Shown piece after piece: positions 1-11,206 of a stretch of DNA of 64,000 nt. Made by a program: the position numbers and the translations under genes. Under the pieces are notes generated by a model. That model did not search any database. It had not been told where the DNA came from and saw only the letters and a list, made by a program, of their open reading frames with translations. The stretch's first letter is position 1. The number at the start of each line of letters is the position of its first letter. Location of the stretch: the NCBI RefSeq assembly GCF_040938485.1, contig NW_027271048.1, positions 992,001-1,056,000 on the forward strand, read 5' to 3'. The DNA is from Diadema antillarum (lineage: Eukaryota).

Positions 1-1435
1 GATAAAGAGAACCAATGGAAAGACATACACAAAAACAATTGAGCAAGCATTTCCATAAATTGCAAGTCTTGAGATGTAGGAGCAGGGATGAAGAGAATAC
101 ATGTATGCTCCATTTTGATAAACAAATATATTTCCTGCAAGTCAAAATATTTTGATCCGGATTGTGAGTAAATTCTTTTTCTTTTTCTTTTTTGTTTCGA
201 AGGAAGGCATTTTTCTTTTCAGTCTAGAGGAAGGGGAGAGGCCTTTATTTGTCCTAGCCTCACAGTGTTGCTGGAACCATGTATGCTGGGTTGGCTAGAT
301 GGTATAGGAACTTAAAATTCTACTTTATGTTAAAGTTGACTTGGGTAAACAGATTTAAATGTAAATCAGAATGGTACAGGTTTCACCATAGTGGACACAA
401 CATTTACTAGATGTATGTAGATTTAATGTTTCCAGGGAATGGTGATATTGACTGCAATCATATGTGTGCTGATTGGCTGAGGAGGATGAAGTTTGATGGA
501 ACTGCTACAATTCTGTTTGCCTAAGATTACTCAGTTCAATAAAGCCAATTTGAAAATGGTGTGGAGTGTGCACCCTGAAAGAAAGATTAAGTTTAACTAC
601 AATGAAATGCATTACCTTAGATCTACCAGCATAATCTTAGCTTCGCTCTTTGAGTCCATGCTTTATGTGATGTGATGAATTTCCCGGTAGTGCACCTTTT
701 GTTTTCTTGCTGTTTCCTGCTCCCGGCCCTTCCCCATGATTATGTCTAATTTTTGCGTTCCGGTTCTTTCATGTATGTTGTTCCTGCTCCTGCTTTAGCT
801 CAGACGCCATCCCCTTCCCAGACAGGACCAGTTCCAGGACCTGATTGGCTGTGCCAAGTCCAAGGGCTTCGCTGTAGATACCAGGTACTGCAATATATTA
901 TGCTTGGTTGGGAACGATCTTTTTTATTTTTCTGTCTCACATAGCTTACTGAACAAAAACTTTGCATTTCACCATTTTTAACACTTGCAAGGAATGAATA
1001 TCACATACAGACAAAGGAGTACAGCAAAACAAAACAAAGCAAAGAAAAGTACACCCTAGTGAGCAAATAAAAACAGCAGCAATCAAGAAAGTGTCACTGA
1101 AATAAGACATCCCTTATCATATTCATTTTTTCACCAGATCATGACTGCCTGCTCTGTGGCCTGACATTATTTGACTATTGATAAATACCTTTGATATTGT
1201 TTTCTGCACACATTAAAGAGTATGTGGAACAGTTGAGCATCAAATGTCATCTGATGTTTCAGTGAGATTTTCTTGGTTTATAGTATACAATGGTATATTA
1301 ATGTGATTTTGGTTTGTGTGCAGATGTCATATCAAAATTTTTTTGCTTAGAAAATGTAATTTCAAGATCTTGTCTGTGTATGCTTTAACACTTAATTATT
1401 TTGTTTTGATTGCTCGCATTCCTCCTGTATTCCAG

Positions 1436-1590
1436 CTCCAACAAGAAGCTTGCAGAATCCTTGGATGAATGTGTGGATGTCAAAGATCCCACATTCAACC
1501 GCATCCTGCGTTCCCTAGCAACCAAGGCCATGTCCAATGCCCTCTACTTCTCCACCGGCAGCGAAGACGTCAACCAGTTCTTCCACTATG
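1436..1590 (+). CDS. DIS3L: DIS3L exon (RNB domain)
   Basis: ttccag acceptor, GTGGGT donor; [51 protein letters not shown]. Confidence 0.92.
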
Positions 1591-4500
1591 GTGGGTTTGT
1601 GTGCTGAACTTGGGAGAGAGTATCAAGGATATCATTGGAGGGAGTTAGTGGAAGATCACCTTCTCAAATAATTTTGAATAGTATTTGATTTCTGCTACCC
1701 AAATTGCAGTGAGGAATGGTTGGTTTGATTCAGTATCTGACACTTATTATCCTTCGGCATTTTCATGGAACAAAAANNNNNNNNNNNNNNNNNNNNNNNN
1801 NNNNNNNNNNNNNNNNNNNNNNNNNNNNNNNNNNNNNNNNNNNNNNNNNNNNNNNNNNNNNNNNNNNNNNNNNNNNNNNNNNNNNNNNNNNNNNNNNNNN
1901 NNNNNNNNNNNNNNNNNNNNNNNNNNNNNNNNNNNNNNNNNNNNNNNNNNNNNNNNNNNNNNNNNNNNNNNNNNNNNNNTATATGGCACTTTATAGGGGT
2001 GTTTCTAAGCGCACTGGTGCTATTCTTACAAGAAGACTAGAAACATAATAGCATTAGGACAATGCAAAACCAAAATAGCAGTAACAAAAAGAAGAAGAAG
2101 AAGAAAAAACCCCAAAACAATACAAGTGATACAGTGATACAATAATTGATAACTGACTGTGTGCGCCTCCAGAAAAAAACAAAATTACAACTGATTAAAC
2201 GGATGAGTTTTGAGAAGACTTATTATTATGATTTTTTAGAAGAATTATAAGTTATTAACTGTTCTTCGGAATATTGCAACTGGCATGGACAGAATAGCAC
2301 ATATCAACATATTTTCTTATGCCTCAGCAGTCTAGCTTATCATTATTTTTCTTCTTTTTTATCTTGTTTCAGTTGTTAGAAATGCAATGATGTATGAAAA
2401 TTTTGTTCGATGTGGTTTCCGTTCCTCTTGTTTCAGGGTTGGCATTGGATCGTTACACTCACTTCACTTCCCCCATACGCAGATACGCTGATGTGATTGT
2501 AAGTCCCTAGCGAGTAATCAGTTGACATAATGCATTATGTAAATCATTGATAATATATCATACACAAACTTCACTAATTTTTTTTTTTTAGTAATCCATA
2601 TTAATACAAGCCCTGCTTCCAAATGGATTTCTCATTTCTAACTCTTTTCTTTTTGATAATTTTGTGTACATATCTTGTATTTTGTGTGATTTACTTACTA
2701 TCTTTTGTTAAATACTGGTGTTACAAATATTGTAACATGGATGTCATTTATACTGCTCTGTTGCTCACTTATCAGTTATGTAAGCATCAATGTTATACTT
2801 AGTTGATTGGAAATAAATGTTTGCTGAATTGAATCGAATTGAATTGAATTGTCCTGAGCTGTAGTGGGAATCTCAATTAAACATAGACTTTCTAGGTCTT
2901 TTAAACTTGATGGTGCCAGAATATATTTCTGTGCTGTCTCTACTTCAATTCATCCAACAAACCAAATTTCAGCACCATGCTATTTTATTTTCTTTTTGGT
3001 TGCTTTTCACCATTTAGAATTTTTGTTTTGCTATTGTGTATTTTCATCCTTAATACTTTTTCTTTTGGTATAAACATATTTTTGACAGAAATATTTCTCT
3101 TTTGAGTTTTAATTGAAAGTACAGACTGCCAGAGTGAAATAAGATGAAGATATAGCTGAATGTAATGGGTTTGTGGGTAAAATTGCTGTCCATTCATGAC
3201 GTTGCTTCCCTTGAAGGTTCACCGGCTCCTCCTAGCTGCTGTTGAAAGGGCATCAGAAGAGGACACTTTGTTGTCTAGCAACCAAGAGCTGCAGATGTTG
3301 TGTGGTCATCTCAACAGACAGAACAGAGTAGGTGCACAGAAAAATCTGACCTTTGATCTTGATGGTTCACTGATATAGAAACAAAATTTAAACAATCTAT
3401 TATGGGAGCAGCCTCTTTTTGAAATATTTCCCAGTACCTATGTTTATTGCAATGTATTAGTGGAAAAATGAGCAAAGAAAATTGGATTCCATTGGGATTC
3501 GAACCCAAGACACCCAGAGTGCTAGCCCGGTGCTCTACCGACTGAGCTATAGAAAGCCCTAGTACAGTGTTCGTCCCAGAAACACGTAATTCTCAGTGCT
3601 CGAATGGTTAGAAGCTATAGCAGTGTGTATGTGTGTGACACACATGCACACACTTGAACCTGACATAAACCTGAAGGATAATTCAACTTGGGGATGAAGT
3701 ATTATTAATATAATTTATTATTTTATTGCAATGTGTTGGAAAATAGCAAATGTGGGATTGCATTGACTTCTGTTTTGGAGGGGAACACGGTACCTCGTCT
3801 TTTAGTTTTCCCTTAAATGCTAGCGGCATCCCAGATTGGCCTCTAAGTGAAATTGTTCCTCCTGTTCAAGAGACATTGCAGCTGCAGAGAAATGCTGTGT
3901 TTGAAATGTATCTTAACTCTGAAATTTAAATTTGAAAGGTGTAAGAACATGCATGGCCTTAGTACCCTAGAGAAAGTTCTTGCTCATTGCAAAAATTGCC
4001 CAATGTTGAGAATTATTAATTTTCAATATCTGTGCCTGACCATGCCTGTTGTATTAGTAGCCAGTTTGATTGATAGCAGCCATGCATATCATTTGGCGTG
4101 TGCACGTTTCCTTTATTTACCACTGTCAGCAAACATCTTTGTCGCATGCTTTCCGTCAGTATCGCCTTGTATATTGGTAAAATCCCTGAGAAATCTGAGC
4201 ATGTGAGGTTGCCCTCATTCAGAGATAGTGAACTAAAAAGTTCAGTCCTCAAACACCAAAAATTGCAGGCGCCTTGATCTAAAGCTAGTCGTCTCGCATT
4301 ATCGATTGCATTCGACTGCGACGTTCTGTACTATTTTCGATGTTCAGTATCGCTTTTCAACTTGCAGATGCTCGCACATACATGCAGGCGAATCAATACA
4401 ACAAACTACAAAGTGAGAAACTTAATTTTTGTGTACAGACACACTTTAAGGAGAGTTCAGTGTAAAAAAGTTTATGACCTTCCTTTGTGCAGGCAGCCCA

Positions 4501-7500
4501 GAATGCCCAGCGGGACTCGCAGGAACTGTTCCAGGCCCTGTTCTTTCAGGATAAGGATCCCAGCCACGAGGCCTGCATTGTGGACGCTGTCATACAGAAC
4601 CTTAGAGCAAACGGCTTCCTAGTCTTCATTCCCAGGTACTGAAAGGACAAGTCCACCTTCATATACATAAGGATTGAGAGAATGCAGCAATATTAGTAGA
4701 ACACATTGGTGAAAGTTTGAGGAAAATTGGACAATCTGTTCAAAAGTTACGAATATTTTAAGCATCTGCGCAGTCACTGCTGGAAGAGAAGACTACTACA
4801 GTGTATGATGTCACATGCGTACAACTATATAAGGAAAATAAAAAGAGAATTTCACAAAACTTTTCTTTTTTAATAAAGTACACATTTCTTCGACTTGCTA
4901 CTGACGTATGTTAAGGGTAATATTACTCCCCCTGCCTTCTGAAAGAGAGAAGTGGAGTGTTCTTTTGTTATGCGAGAAAAATGGAAATATGTTGAATTTT
5001 CTTTATTCTTTCTTAATATTGTTGTACTCATGTGACATTACAAGCTATAGTAGTCTTTTCATCCAGCCGTGACTGAGAAGAAACGGATTGTCCGATTTTG
5101 CTCAAACTCTCACTGATGTGTTCTACTAATATTGCTGCATTCACTCAACATGAAGGTGAACTTGTCCTTGAAGTTTGTGGCTGCAAGGCTGCTGATTTAC
5201 CTATGCTTTCACAATGCTTATCATATTTTTTTTCTGAGTAAAAATAGAAATCATGTTTTTTAAAAAAATAAAAACCATGTTTCTCTCCTTTCAAACTTCA
5301 TTACTACTCAGTATGTGCATTTTACCATTTCGAAACTAAAGTGTGATTTTTTGCTTTCAAGATATGTTGGGTTTGATGATGTTGTAGTTGTTGTTTTACT
5401 ATGAATAAGTATGTGCTTTGATTCACAGAGGTTGGTAGCTTAGTGTTTGCTGTGACTAGTGGCAATGGTAGAAATGGCCCACTCTGAGATTGTTTATGTC
5501 GAAGCTTATTTGTTAACAAAAAATTGTGTTCAAAGCTTAACCCAAACGTCGAGGGGGAGGGGGCAGAATCTGCCCCCCCCCCCCCCCCCCCGTCGACGTT
5601 TCGCGCTATAATTCTATAATGCGAGAAGGCCTCATCGTGAGGCTTCTTGACTTTCTTTGTTCAAGTCTCGCGCAACTTTTGAGACCAAATTTACAATGTC
5701 CGCGCATTCTTTTTCAAAGCCACGCCCATTTTTGTAACGGCATGTCGCCCCAAAACGGGCACAATTTTGTGCTTACGTGTGTGTACATTTCCTATGGAAA
5801 ACAGTGCTCTGTCATGAAAGTCATAAAAACCTGATTATTTTTACAATTAATCACTTTCATTTATTAATTTTATGCTAATTATAGTAAAAAGTGGTTAGTG
5901 ACAATTTCCAATACAAAACAAGGAAAAAAGAAAAATTCAAAAACAAGGAAATATATAAAAAATTCTGAAAACAATGAACTACATAAGAATTGAAATGACT
6001 TTTGGAAGTTTTTGTGATGTACAATTGTTGAATATGCTAAAACAGATTTACAGACCAAAAAGTAAACTCTCAATGCTTTTAATTAGGCTAAAATATGATC
6101 TTAACCTTAATTTGCATAATTAATTGATTAAAATTAGAAATTGATTGTTTCAAACAATTTCATGACATGATCTTATAGATTATGACGTGGATGTCGCGCT
6201 TGCCAAATTTTGTTGCGATCACACCACTGATGGCCGAGATCATGGGGGGTGGGGGGCAGAATCCGCCCCCCTGGTTTTAGCATAGCCAAAAAAAGCCCGG
6301 CCTGATTAGGGTTAAGATGGGAACAAAGGATGCTGTCACAATAAATGTACTTCAAACACACCGATGTTGAGATCCAGATAAACCTGTAATCTTGTTATTT
6401 AAAACTACACGCAGGATTGTGTTAGGTGTGATATCACCCATCTTAATGAGCGATAACTCAAGTAACCCGAATGATTTGCTGTTTTGGCTTCAAGTTCTAA
6501 GTTTTCTCTTTCAATATGATTGCATGAATAGTCAAGTAAAAACTGATGTTAGATGTATTTTTGTCTTCCCTCAAGGTACGGCATCAAGGGAGCAGTGTAC
6601 CTACGAGACAAGGAAGGCCTCGTGTGTGACAGCTCATCACCCATGAAACCGAGATGGATGAAAGGTTATCATTTATTTGGTATTGTTGTGTGCCAGCACA
6701 ACATCCAGTTATTCATAAGCATCAGAATGATATGACTTTTACCTCTTCCTGGTTTTGTAAATGTTTTTCTTGTTCATATTTGTGTGGTGGTGACTTGATT
6801 ATGATGACATAGTAATTGGTTGTGATGACATAAAATACATACTAATCATATGTGTAGTTTTGTTTTCATCTCAGTTCACAGAAGAGAAATGAAATACATG
6901 TTTGTTTCTTTCATTCGTACAGATTGTCATCTTGAGCAGTTATAAAACAGGTGCCTATTCTCTTTCCATGTCTGCTTATGAATCTTTTGCTGTAAACGCC
7001 ATCATAGAAAGTGTTGATATGTTATGTTTTCGTGGATGTTAGATGCTGTAACAGAAACAGCAACAGCTCATGCATTTCTTTTGTTCCTACTGCCACTCAG
7101 GTTCTCTGGCAAGGTCTGAACACTCCGTTGCTGTGCAAGCTGCTGGAAGCCAAGCTGTTTTCAGACTCTTTGATCATGTGACGGTAAGAGGACGCTTGAA
7201 TCTCTTAAATGTTGTTGCATGCATTTGTGTGCTTATCAATGTATTATTCTGCTTGCATGTTTATTTGTGTTCCTTGTGGGCATTTTTGAAGGGGCAGTAA
7301 ATGATGAAATTGAATTGTCATTTCTGAAAGCTGTACCGTGGAAAGTCATAAAATAACAAAAACTAAAATAACAAAACTCAGATTCTTCTCAACCTTTTTT
7401 TTTTTAATGAACGTATTTGCATTAATTGTCTCTAATTTGTAGAAAAACAGTGGCAATGTATTTTATTCCAATGTAAAACAGGAACCAGTCACAAATCAAA

Positions 7501-9194
7501 ATAGCAACCAAACATTGACCTCTTACGAAGTTTGCCGGAAATATTGTGTTTTTGTGTTCATGTGTTTATCTACCCATTTACTCGTCTGAATTCTCTTTAT
7601 CGTATCCGGGCAATTACCCCCAGAGGGCAATCCATATCACAGAACAGTTCACATTGCCTCTGTCCTGCTCTCAACAGATTGCTATGGCATTGTTTCATTC
7701 CAGTCACTACATCAGTGGTGCATTGACACAGATATCATGATTTTTTGGTCAGTAAAACAAACCAACTGTGTACTTTTAACTCTCAACCCATCAGATAGGA
7801 GGGGTATCTATGATTTGAACGTACGTTTTTTTCCCTCATTTGTCATATCATTATATTGATGTGGGAAAACTTGACTCAGATTTGATTTAGATGTTGCATA
7901 TGATATGTAATCATTCCCTCCTGCACTAGGTTGGCGTTTCAATCCAAACATCGCGGGCCCACCCCCACACCCTTCGACTGGAACTTCTAGCAAATTGTCC
8001 ATTTCACCAAGGCACTGGCCCAGCGGGGACAGAAGAGGGCAGCACACTGCAGACAAATATTGTACAGGTGAGAGAACCTGTTTACGTTTTTCACAATGTT
8101 TATACATACATTGTAACTCAAACACGCTGCCCTGATGAAGTCACAGACTTCACAGCAGAGAAACGTCCAAGATGAGACAACTGGCTGGAAACTTGTAAGG
8201 TAGCTACAGGTGACTCCCATTATAACAAAGTCCTTGGAACTGACAGTTTTCTTTCGTTATGATATATTGATATTTCGTTTTAACCAAAGGGAACTTTGCA
8301 CCATAGACTTTAATGATAATAATTTTGTGAACTGAATTAGTACTTCGATGTGCCAAAATTTTGTTTTGTTGTAACAGCAATTCCTTGCATTTGCTTGAAA
8401 AATTAAAAGTTTGATATCTTCAGCACATCCTGTCAAAAATTTCAAAGCCTTTGAATGGTGGAAATACAAATCTTCTCATATTTTCAAAAATAGTGAGCAT
8501 ATGGTTATGGTTTGTGAATTGATATACCCTGGTATGTCACATTCCACTTACACTAAGTTTTATTTATGGGCAAATACAGGCAAGTGCCATTAAACCACTA
8601 AGTCCTTGGTAACAGCAGTTTTCTTTCATTATATCAAAATTTAGTCTTGGCTAAACAATAAATTATATAAGAATATGTTGATGATAATTTTAAGACCTGA
8701 ATTTTTACTTCATTGCATCAAGATTTTTGTTTCTTTGTATCAAAATTTTCGGTAGAGCCATGTACTTTATAACTTGGCACCGTCTCATGAAAGTTGTCTG
8801 CCCTGACAATTGCCATAGTAACAATGAGTGACCAGAGCTTCTCAGCCAATCAAAACCAAAGATTTCATGGAAATTGTCAGAGGCAGACAACTTGTCGGGG
8901 TTGGCAACTTTCATGAAACAACGCCCAGGAATGAACTGAAATAGTATGATGTTTTAGAATGAAGTTCTTGCGATTCAAAGCTGTCTTTGGGTTTTTGCCG
9001 TACAGGAGGTAAGACAGTGGAGTGAAGACAGCCCCCTCAACTCCCTGGTTACCCTCAAGGATGACGTGGAAGTCCTGGGGTCCAGCCTCAAGACCCTGAA
9101 GCAGAAGTACGGCCAGTCAAGCGAGGGCGCTGGTCTCTACCACTTGCTGCAGCGATTCAGGACAATGGATCTTCAGGCAGATGATGACCTATGA
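1436..9194 (+). CDS. DIS3L: DIS3-like exonuclease 1, 3' part (RNB C-terminus and S1 domain); 5' exons lie upstream of the window
   Basis: join(1436-1590,2437-2498,3217-3327,4493-4635,6576-6664,7101-7183,7930-8067,9006-9194). All introns GT-AG with matching phases, ~322 aa to TGA. Translation [81 protein letters not shown] matches the RNB motif and, as recalled, DIS3L paralog-specific segments. Confidence 0.93.
1777..1979. other. Assembly gap (N run)
   Basis: N characters, within a DIS3L intron. Confidence 1.
2437..2498 (+). CDS. DIS3L: DIS3L exon (RNB motif)
   Basis: tttcag / GTAAGT; [21 protein letters not shown]. Confidence 0.95.
2600..2851 (+). mobile_element. Probable LINE 3' end
   Basis: T-rich UTR-like segment ending AATAAA followed by a (GAATT)n tail. 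Confidence 0.35.
3217..3327 (+). CDS. DIS3L: DIS3L exon
   Basis: ttgaag / GTAGGT; [37 protein letters not shown]. Confidence 0.92.
3484..3556 (-). pseudogene. tRNA-Ala(AGC)-like sequence, degenerate; probably the head of a tRNA-derived repeat
   Basis: Reverse strand CTTTCTA-TA-GCTCAGTCGGTAGAGC-A-CCGGG-CTAGCAC-TCTGG..TTGGG-TTCGAAT-CCCAA-TGGAATC. A and B boxes intact, acceptor stem pairs only 5/7. Confidence 0.65.
4493..4635 (+). CDS. DIS3L: DIS3L exon
   Basis: gtgcag / GTACTG; [48 protein letters not shown]. Confidence 0.92.
4644..5168. mobile_element. Kolobok-like non-autonomous element, family A
   Basis: TIRs AGGACAAGTCCACCTTCAT / ATGAAGGTGAACTTGTCCT, long subterminal inverted repeats, flanked by a TGAA duplication; RR..YY ends. 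Confidence 0.75.
5541..6311. mobile_element. piggyBac-like non-autonomous element
   Basis: TTAA|CCC...GGG|TTAA; GGGGGCAGAATC(T/C)GCCCCCC hairpin near both ends; TIR otherwise degenerate. Confidence 0.6.
6576..6664 (+). CDS. DIS3L: DIS3L exon (S1 domain)
   Basis: ctcaag / GTTATC (weak donor, phase fits next exon); [29 protein letters not shown]. Confidence 0.88.
7101..7183 (+). CDS. DIS3L: DIS3L exon (S1 domain)
   Basis: actcag / GTAAGA; [28 protein letters not shown]. Confidence 0.9.
7930..8067 (+). CDS. DIS3L: DIS3L exon
   Basis: cactag / GTGAGA; [28 protein letters not shown]...TNIVQ. Confidence 0.88.
8776..8926. mobile_element. Diverged PIF/Harbinger-like MITE
   Basis: GGCACCGTCTCATGAAAGTTG...CAACTTTCATGAAACAACGCCC; central AGCCAATCA. 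Confidence 0.55.
9006..9194 (+). CDS. DIS3L: DIS3L terminal coding exon
   Basis: gtacag acceptor; EVRQWSED...[29 protein letters not shown], resembling the DIS3L C-terminal 'SLYTLLEEIR' region. Confidence 0.85.
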   Translation, partial: EVRQWSEDSPLNSLVTLKDDVEVLGSSLKTLKQKYGQSSEGAGLYHLLQRFRTMDLQADDDL

Positions 9195-9294
9195 CCTATG
9201 CCTACGACTGCCCCCCAGCCCAGCTTACTATGAGGAGAGCGCATGAAAGGACCTATGATGATAAAATGTATATCACTTTGTTAACCCCCACTAA

Positions 9295-10616
9295 TTTTTA
9301 TGCCTCCGCCACGAAGTGGTGCCAGAGGCATTATGTTTTCGGGTTCTCTGTCCGTCCGTAGGTACGTCCGTACTTCTGTACGTCCGCTTTCGTTTACATG
9401 ATAACTTGAATAATATTGACCGGAATTTTACCAAACTTGGTCCAAGTATAAAGTATGATGGGGCAATTACTTGATTAGATTTTGGGTGAAATTGGCCAAA
9501 GGTCAAAGGTCAAGGTCAAATCATGAAATTGTATCCGTTTAAGCGATAACTCAAGACTGGATCAAGCTAATTTCACCAAACTTTGTCGGAGGATGATGGG
9601 ACAATTACTTGATTAGTTTTTTAGTGAAATTGGACAGAGGTCAAAGGTCAAAGATCAAGGTCAAATCCTAAAATTTATCTGTTCACGTGATAACTCAAAA
9701 CTGGATGAAGCAGCTTTCACCAAACTTGGTCCAAGGATGATGTATGATGGGGCAATTAGTTGAGTAGCTTTAAGTGACATTGGCAAGAGGTCAAAGGTCA
9801 AAAGGTCATGGTCAAATGCTGAAAATGTTGCTATTTCCCCCGTATCTATGCAATGCCCAAAGGTATTTTCTTGTAAACTTAGTGTGGACATGTACTGCTG
9901 CGTAAAGATTCTCCAGAGAGAGTTTCATGTCATAAGGTCAAAGGTTAGGTGAAAATGTTGCAATATCACTTCTCTCGCAAATGGTTCAATGTACATCTTC
10001 ATGGAACTTGGTACATACGCATGTACTGACTGGCAGGGATTATCTAGGGAATTTAGGGGTCATGGTCAATAGTCAGGGGTCAAAGGTCAAGGTCAACTCC
10101 TCAAAATTTTACTATTTCCCTCATATACTAGTATATGCAATGCTTGCATTATTAGTTTTAAAACTTAATATATACCTGCATGCATTACCTAATGGAGATT
10201 CTCCCGGAAATTTCCAGCCAGAAGGTCAAAGGTCAAAGGTTAAGGGTCAAAGGCCAGGTTTCAATGCCCCCCCCCCCCAAAAAAAAAAAAAAAAAAAAAA
10301 TCTATTTTTTACTGTAATTACACTTTCGTCATACCTTGGAAATTACTCAATGCATAAACTTATAAAAGGGTCCGTCAGAAGTCAAGTAAAAATTCTCAAT
10401 TCCCCAAATATGTGTACCTGCACTCTTAGACAATTATAGCAAACCCAGTTCAAGGAAAGTGAACATTCAAGATATTTCTGACAAGCCTGTCATTTCAATA
10501 TTTTGCCAGTTATGTGAAACTGTCATCACACATTGTGAAGACATTGTACTATACACCTATTGGGAGAATCATGCATTATGGCGGAGGCATCAGTCGCCAT
10601 AGCGACATATCTAGTT
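9295..10616 (+). mobile_element. Helentron-associated non-autonomous element (HINE/DINE-1-like)
   Basis: T-run start, subterminal IRs ATGCCTCCGCCA (9300-9311) / TGGCGGAGGCAT (10579-10590), GTCC-type microsatellite near 5' end, internal diverged repeats with CAAACTTGG and GGTCAAAGGTCA, 3' hairpin GTCGC-CATA-GCGAC, CTAGTT end. Confidence 0.75.
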
Positions 10617-10759
10617 CTTTCTGTTTGTAATAGTCACACTAGATGTGGAGACTATCTCTAAATGGTAAAAGAAAGTCTCTTGCTCTCAGTTTAATTGTCC
10701 TAAAAAAGCACCTTCTCCATGTCATCGTGCCTCATGTCTTTTTTTATTAAAACAATGGT

Positions 10760-11206
10760 AACTAGAAAAGCAATCTGAGATTGCAGACCTCTGCCAAGCA
10801 GCTGATTTCCACCCATACACACATGCTGAATATTGTCCAATTCCTCAATAAAGAAGCCTTTTGTTAGGTCACCAGCTTCCAGCTGCGCAGCGCCTCGCCA
10901 GAGAAGAGCATGTGATTTAGAGCGCATAGGAATTGCAAACCTCAAATGCGCACAGCTTGAACCCCCAAGTTCATTGATCGTATCTCCAAAAAGATATTCA
11001 AAAAGATTCTTCAGAAATCCGTAGAATATCCCAGATCACTGCCAAAATTTAATCATCTCTTCCTTCTGTCATTATCAGCTTTCCCCACAAGTTTCATCCA
11101 AATCTGCCCCCAACTTTTTTTTTGAGTTATTTTGCACATAGACAAACTAACTAACAAAACAAACCAGTGCTGATGAAACATAACTTCCTTCCTTGGTGGA
11201 GGTAAT
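10760..11206 (-). mobile_element. HINE, second family
   Basis: Minus strand begins ATTACCTCCACCAAGG..GTTATGTTT; subTIR partner CTTGGCAGAGGT, hairpin GCAATC-TCA-GATTGC, CTAGT end; homologous to 23292-23686. Confidence 0.72.

Noticed and set aside
436-530. Possible additional DIS3L exon after a TCCAG acceptor
   Set aside because: No frame resembles the RNB sequence expected upstream of SNKKL, and no suitable donor precedes the stops.
1685-2048. ORFs spanning the first N gap (and 19144-19660 spanning the second)
   Set aside because: They are open only because N codons contain no stops.
3484-3556. Functional tRNA-Ala gene
   Set aside because: The acceptor stem has two terminal mismatches and the sequence is embedded in a repeat-like unit; kept as a pseudogene/SINE-like feature.
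1436-9194. Calling the gene DIS3 or DIS3L2
   Set aside because: The [23 protein letters not shown] and LFDHVTV segments match DIS3L as recalled, better than the other paralogs.
9184-9246. DIS3L stop codon created by a 7-bp ATGACCT duplication (removing it would add ~15 codons; it also forms a DR1)
   Set aside because: The present stop already gives a C-terminus of about the length recalled for DIS3L, so no truncation needs to be invoked.
9981-10439. 152-aa ORF on + strand
   Set aside because: It lies inside the HINE, runs through poly-C/poly-A, and has no protein-like features.
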